64,000 nt of DNA, from positions 96,001 through 160,000 of the IMG/VR virus record IMGVR_UViG_3300033121_001553; one strand, given 5' to 3'. The position numbers and the translations under genes were made by a program. How positions within the stretch are numbered: position 1 is the first letter of the stretch; every line of letters starts with the position of its first letter. Of the stretch, positions 61,248 to 64,000 are shown in pieces. The notes beneath the pieces are model-generated. The model worked only from the letters and a program-made list of their open reading frames with translations. It was not told where the DNA came from and searched no databases. The stretch is from a virus. Its lineage: Duplodnaviria > Caudoviricetes.

Positions 61248-62419
61248 AAAAGATATTGCTCAGAGGTCCGTTTCTAACACAGAGCGGGTACGGTGTTCAT
61301 GCGCGTCAAATTTTCAAGTGGGTTAAGTCACTTGGCGTAAATTTTGATGTTCAAGTGCTACCATGGGGCGACACAAGCTGGTACACAAATCCGTCAGAGC
61401 TCGATGGCATGATCGGCGAGATAATGATGAAAACAAAGCCGATAGAAGGTCAGTACGATGTATCCATACAGCTACAGCTACCAAATGAGTGGGACACAAA
61501 ACTAGCAAAATTCAATGTAGGTGTAACTGCTGCTGTTGAAACAGACAAATGCAATCCACGTTGGATAGAGTGCTGTAATGCTATGGATGTTGTTGTTGTT
61601 CCATCGAAATTCACAAAAAACGTTATAATGAACACAGCAACGGCGTTCGGACTGAAGGTACGTGAGCCTCACGTCGTTGGCGAAACATTTAACGAAGCAG
61701 CGTATCACAGCAATTACGATACAGGCATCGACTTTCAAACAACATGTAACTTTCTCATATTTGGTCAGCTAGTGGCTAGAGATGATGACATGGATCGTAA
61801 AAATGTTCTAAGAGCGATAAAGCTTCTGTCAACAACATTCAGCGATGATCCAGACGTTGGTATCGTTATAAAAACAAACTCTGGACGTAACTCTTTGATC
61901 GATCGAAAAGTGACAATTGGCTCGCTAAAAACCGTACTAGATAAGATACCGCATCCAAGACCGCCTGTCTATCTGCTACACGGAAATATGTCTGATGAAG
62001 AAGTGTATAGTCTCTACAAGTCAAATAAACTAACAGCGCTTGTAGCGCCAACTAAAGGTGAAGGTTTCGGATTGCCGATACTAGAAGCAGCAGCATGTAA
62101 TCTACCTGTTATCGCGACAAATTGGTCTGGTCATCTTGATTTCCTTGAAAGCGGAAAATTTAGTCCAATTGCATACAAGCTAAAGCAAATAGCTCCACAG
62201 CGAGTTGACAACAACATATTCATGACTGGAACACGTTGGGCTGATATCGACAACGATGACTTTGTTAAACGTGTTAAGCGCATTCGTGCAAATAGCGCTG
62301 AGGCTCGAAGCAATGCACTCGCGCTCGGAGAAAACGTTAGAAAGAAATTCTCAGAGCATGCTATCTTTACGCAGTGGAGCAGCGCAGTCGGTTACGCTCT
62401 TGCTGATTCTGCGAAATGA
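61244..62419 (+). CDS. Glycosyltransferase family 4
   Basis: SGYGVHAR, RKN, KGEGFGLPILEAAACNLPVIATNWSGH. Confidence 0.85.
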   Translation: MKKILLRGPFLTQSGYGVHARQIFKWVKSLGVNFDVQVLPWGDTSWYTNPSELDGMIGEIMMKTKPIEGQYDVSIQLQLPNEWDTKLAKFNVGVTAAVETDKCNPRWIECCNAMDVVVVPSKFTKNVIMNTATAFGLKVREPHVVGETFNEAAYHSNYDTGIDFQTTCNFLIFGQLVARDDDMDRKNVLRAIKLLSTTFSDDPDVGIVIKTNSGRNSLIDRKVTIGSLKTVLDKIPHPRPPVYLLHGNMSDEEVYSLYKSNKLTALVAPTKGEGFGLPILEAAACNLPVIATNWSGHLDFLESGKFSPIAYKLKQIAPQRVDNNIFMTGTRWADIDNDDFVKRVKRIRANSAEARSNALALGENVRKKFSEHAIFTQWSSAVGYALADSAK

Positions 62420-62721
62420 TTTACGTATTTATCGCTCTACTTGTGATATTCGCCGTATGGGCATGCATTGCGAGTTATTTTTGTTACAAATTTGCAAAAA
62501 AGATATTTGAATTTGAAACAGCGTTTGAAAATGCAATCGATATGATCGATGCAAGTGTATTGAAAATACAAGCGCTGTCTTCAAGACACGTGCTTTTTGA
62601 TGACTACGTCACACGAGAAGTTGTGCATGAAATAGCAGAAACGCAAAAATCGCTTATCGTGATAGCACGCTCTCTAACTACTATTAATGAAACGAGAAAC
62701 GATGAGCGAGAAACGAAATAA
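62416..62721 (+). CDS. Small membrane-anchored protein
   Basis: N-terminal TM helix then coiled coil. Confidence 0.6.
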   Translation: MIYVFIALLVIFAVWACIASYFCYKFAKKIFEFETAFENAIDMIDASVLKIQALSSRHVLFDDYVTREVVHEIAETQKSLIVIARSLTTINETRNDERETK

Positions 62722-63430
62722 AAAGATAGTAAGACGTAAGAGTACCGATCCAAACAAGTACTACTTTACGAAAGATACGCATGCTGCTGTTGTTGAATTC
62801 AAAGAATGTGATATCAACGACAAGAAGAGACGTAATCAAATTTACGTTGAGCGTATCAAACCAGCATTCGATAAGATCGCTGAAAATCTTATTAACATAC
62901 ACAAATTTACTGGTGCTTATATAACTCACGAAGAGTTGCAAGCCGGGTGTACTAATCATCTATTCGAAGCAATCTCGAAATTCAATCCAGAAAAATGTAC
63001 GAATGCGTTCAGTTACTTTAATGTTGTTGCGAAGCGTTGGCTAATCATCCAAACAAGAAATAGCAGTAAAGTACGCAGAGATGTAGCAATCGATGACTAC
63101 GAAAGACTTGTTACGAAAGATCGTAATAGCATCGAAGAAAAAAATACTATTCTTACACCAGAGCAAGAAATAAGAAAAAAGACATCTATTAATGATGTGA
63201 CATTGCTTCTAGAAGAGATGAAAAAACTCGCTGTCTCAGAAGATGAGATCAAATGCATCGAATCAATAAAGCTTTTGATCGATGCTCAAGGTGAACTAGA
63301 TCTGCAGAACAGAGCGGCTGCTGTTATATACATACGTGAGCTTATGGGCGTAAACCATAAAAACGCATTGTTTGTGATTTCAAAACTAAAGCATACGTAT
63401 AGAAAGCTTAGGGACGATATTCTATGCTAA
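62702..63430 (+). CDS. Late-transcription sigma-like factor (gp55-like)
   Basis: YYFT, KIAENLI, KFNPEK..NAFSYFNVVAKRWLI region-2 pattern. Confidence 0.7.
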   Translation: MSEKRNKKIVRRKSTDPNKYYFTKDTHAAVVEFKECDINDKKRRNQIYVERIKPAFDKIAENLINIHKFTGAYITHEELQAGCTNHLFEAISKFNPEKCTNAFSYFNVVAKRWLIIQTRNSSKVRRDVAIDDYERLVTKDRNSIEEKNTILTPEQEIRKKTSINDVTLLLEEMKKLAVSEDEIKCIESIKLLIDAQGELDLQNRAAAVIYIRELMGVNHKNALFVISKLKHTYRKLRDDILC

Positions 63431-63768
63431 ACGAAGAACAGATAACAGAACAGACGAAATCATTTGAAAAACTTCTCGAGGGCATCGAATCAATAAACGA
63501 TAGAAAACGTCAGCTGTGGGTTGAAATATATAAGAATGCGCTTCAAGACAGAGTGAACGCATACGCAATGTACGTGCAACTTGCAAAAATAGTACGCGAT
63601 GACTCACCAGAGCACGCAGTGCACGGTCAGAATATCGCAAGGTACATTGAACGTATGAGCAGAGCAAACGATCAGCTGACAAAACTCGCAGAGCTAATCG
63701 CAGAAGCAGAGAAAAAGTCAGAAGACATCGACGTTAGCCAGATATACAAGGATATGACGGACGACTTA
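63424..63768 (+). CDS. Hypothetical helical protein, TTA stop
   Basis: Ends MTDD-TTA overlapping the next ATG (TTATG). Confidence 0.65.
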
Positions 63769-64000
63769 TGTCAAGCCAACACGATATAGCAAGGCAGCTT
63801 GCAGAAGGTGTACCATACAGCGAAATTATCTCTCGTTTGACGAGAGATATTGCTGTTGGTGCTGTTCAAACGGCTTCTTTCACTCTCATAGAGCGTTACG
63901 TCGTACTTGAAGTTTTTTCAAATGCGAAGATGCTAACAGAGGAGAAATTCGATGAACTTGCAAAGCTATACGGCGTAAATGCTCCATCAGAAGACTTGCT
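63768..64000 (+). CDS. Hypothetical protein, truncated at window end
   Basis: ATG TCA AGC CAA... open to 64000. Confidence 0.6.
   Translation, partial: MSSQHDIARQLAEGVPYSEIISRLTRDIAVGAVQTASFTLIERYVVLEVFSNAKMLTEEKFDELAKLYGVNAPSEDL

Noticed and set aside
1-64000. TTA as merely a rare regulatory Leu codon (bldA-like) or a sequencing artefact
   Set aside because: TTA clusters at conserved C-termini and start overlaps, including MCP; random errors would not also clear TTA from gene interiors. Not excluded experimentally
1-64000. Widespread TAG-to-sense recoding within this window
   Set aside because: Genes are intact without TAG read-through and coding density is already high; no TAG-split gene was seen

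Overview
This 64 kb window comes from a large T4-like (myovirus/jumbo) phage genome. Bases 1-41 kb, mostly on the minus strand, hold the virion module (neck, MCP, scaffold, prohead protease, portal, large terminase, tail/baseplate proteins) plus a fused Mre11-Rad50, primase, RuvC-like nuclease, PhoH, ClpP and a GroEL-like protein. Bases 41.5-64 kb, mostly on the plus strand, hold a large glycan-modification cluster, a UDP-glucose dehydrogenase fractured by a split intein around a free-standing endonuclease, a Pth2-like gene, a tRNA and a late-sigma-like gene. Main discovery: the genes appear to use a non-standard genetic code in which TTA (UUA, normally Leu) is a STOP codon. TTA was absent from the gene interiors I checked (0 of 51 Leu codons in three fully counted genes). 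It sits at the natural C-terminus of about 24 genes, separates scaffold from MCP, forms TTATG stop/start couplings and TTA-TGA tandem stops, and is shared as TAA/TTA by two convergent genes. TAG is almost unused as a stop, and the window encodes a tRNA with a CUA (amber) anticodon. CDS coordinates below use TTA as stop where applicable, so they differ from the supplied ORF track. All product calls are from motif recognition by eye; no database search was run.
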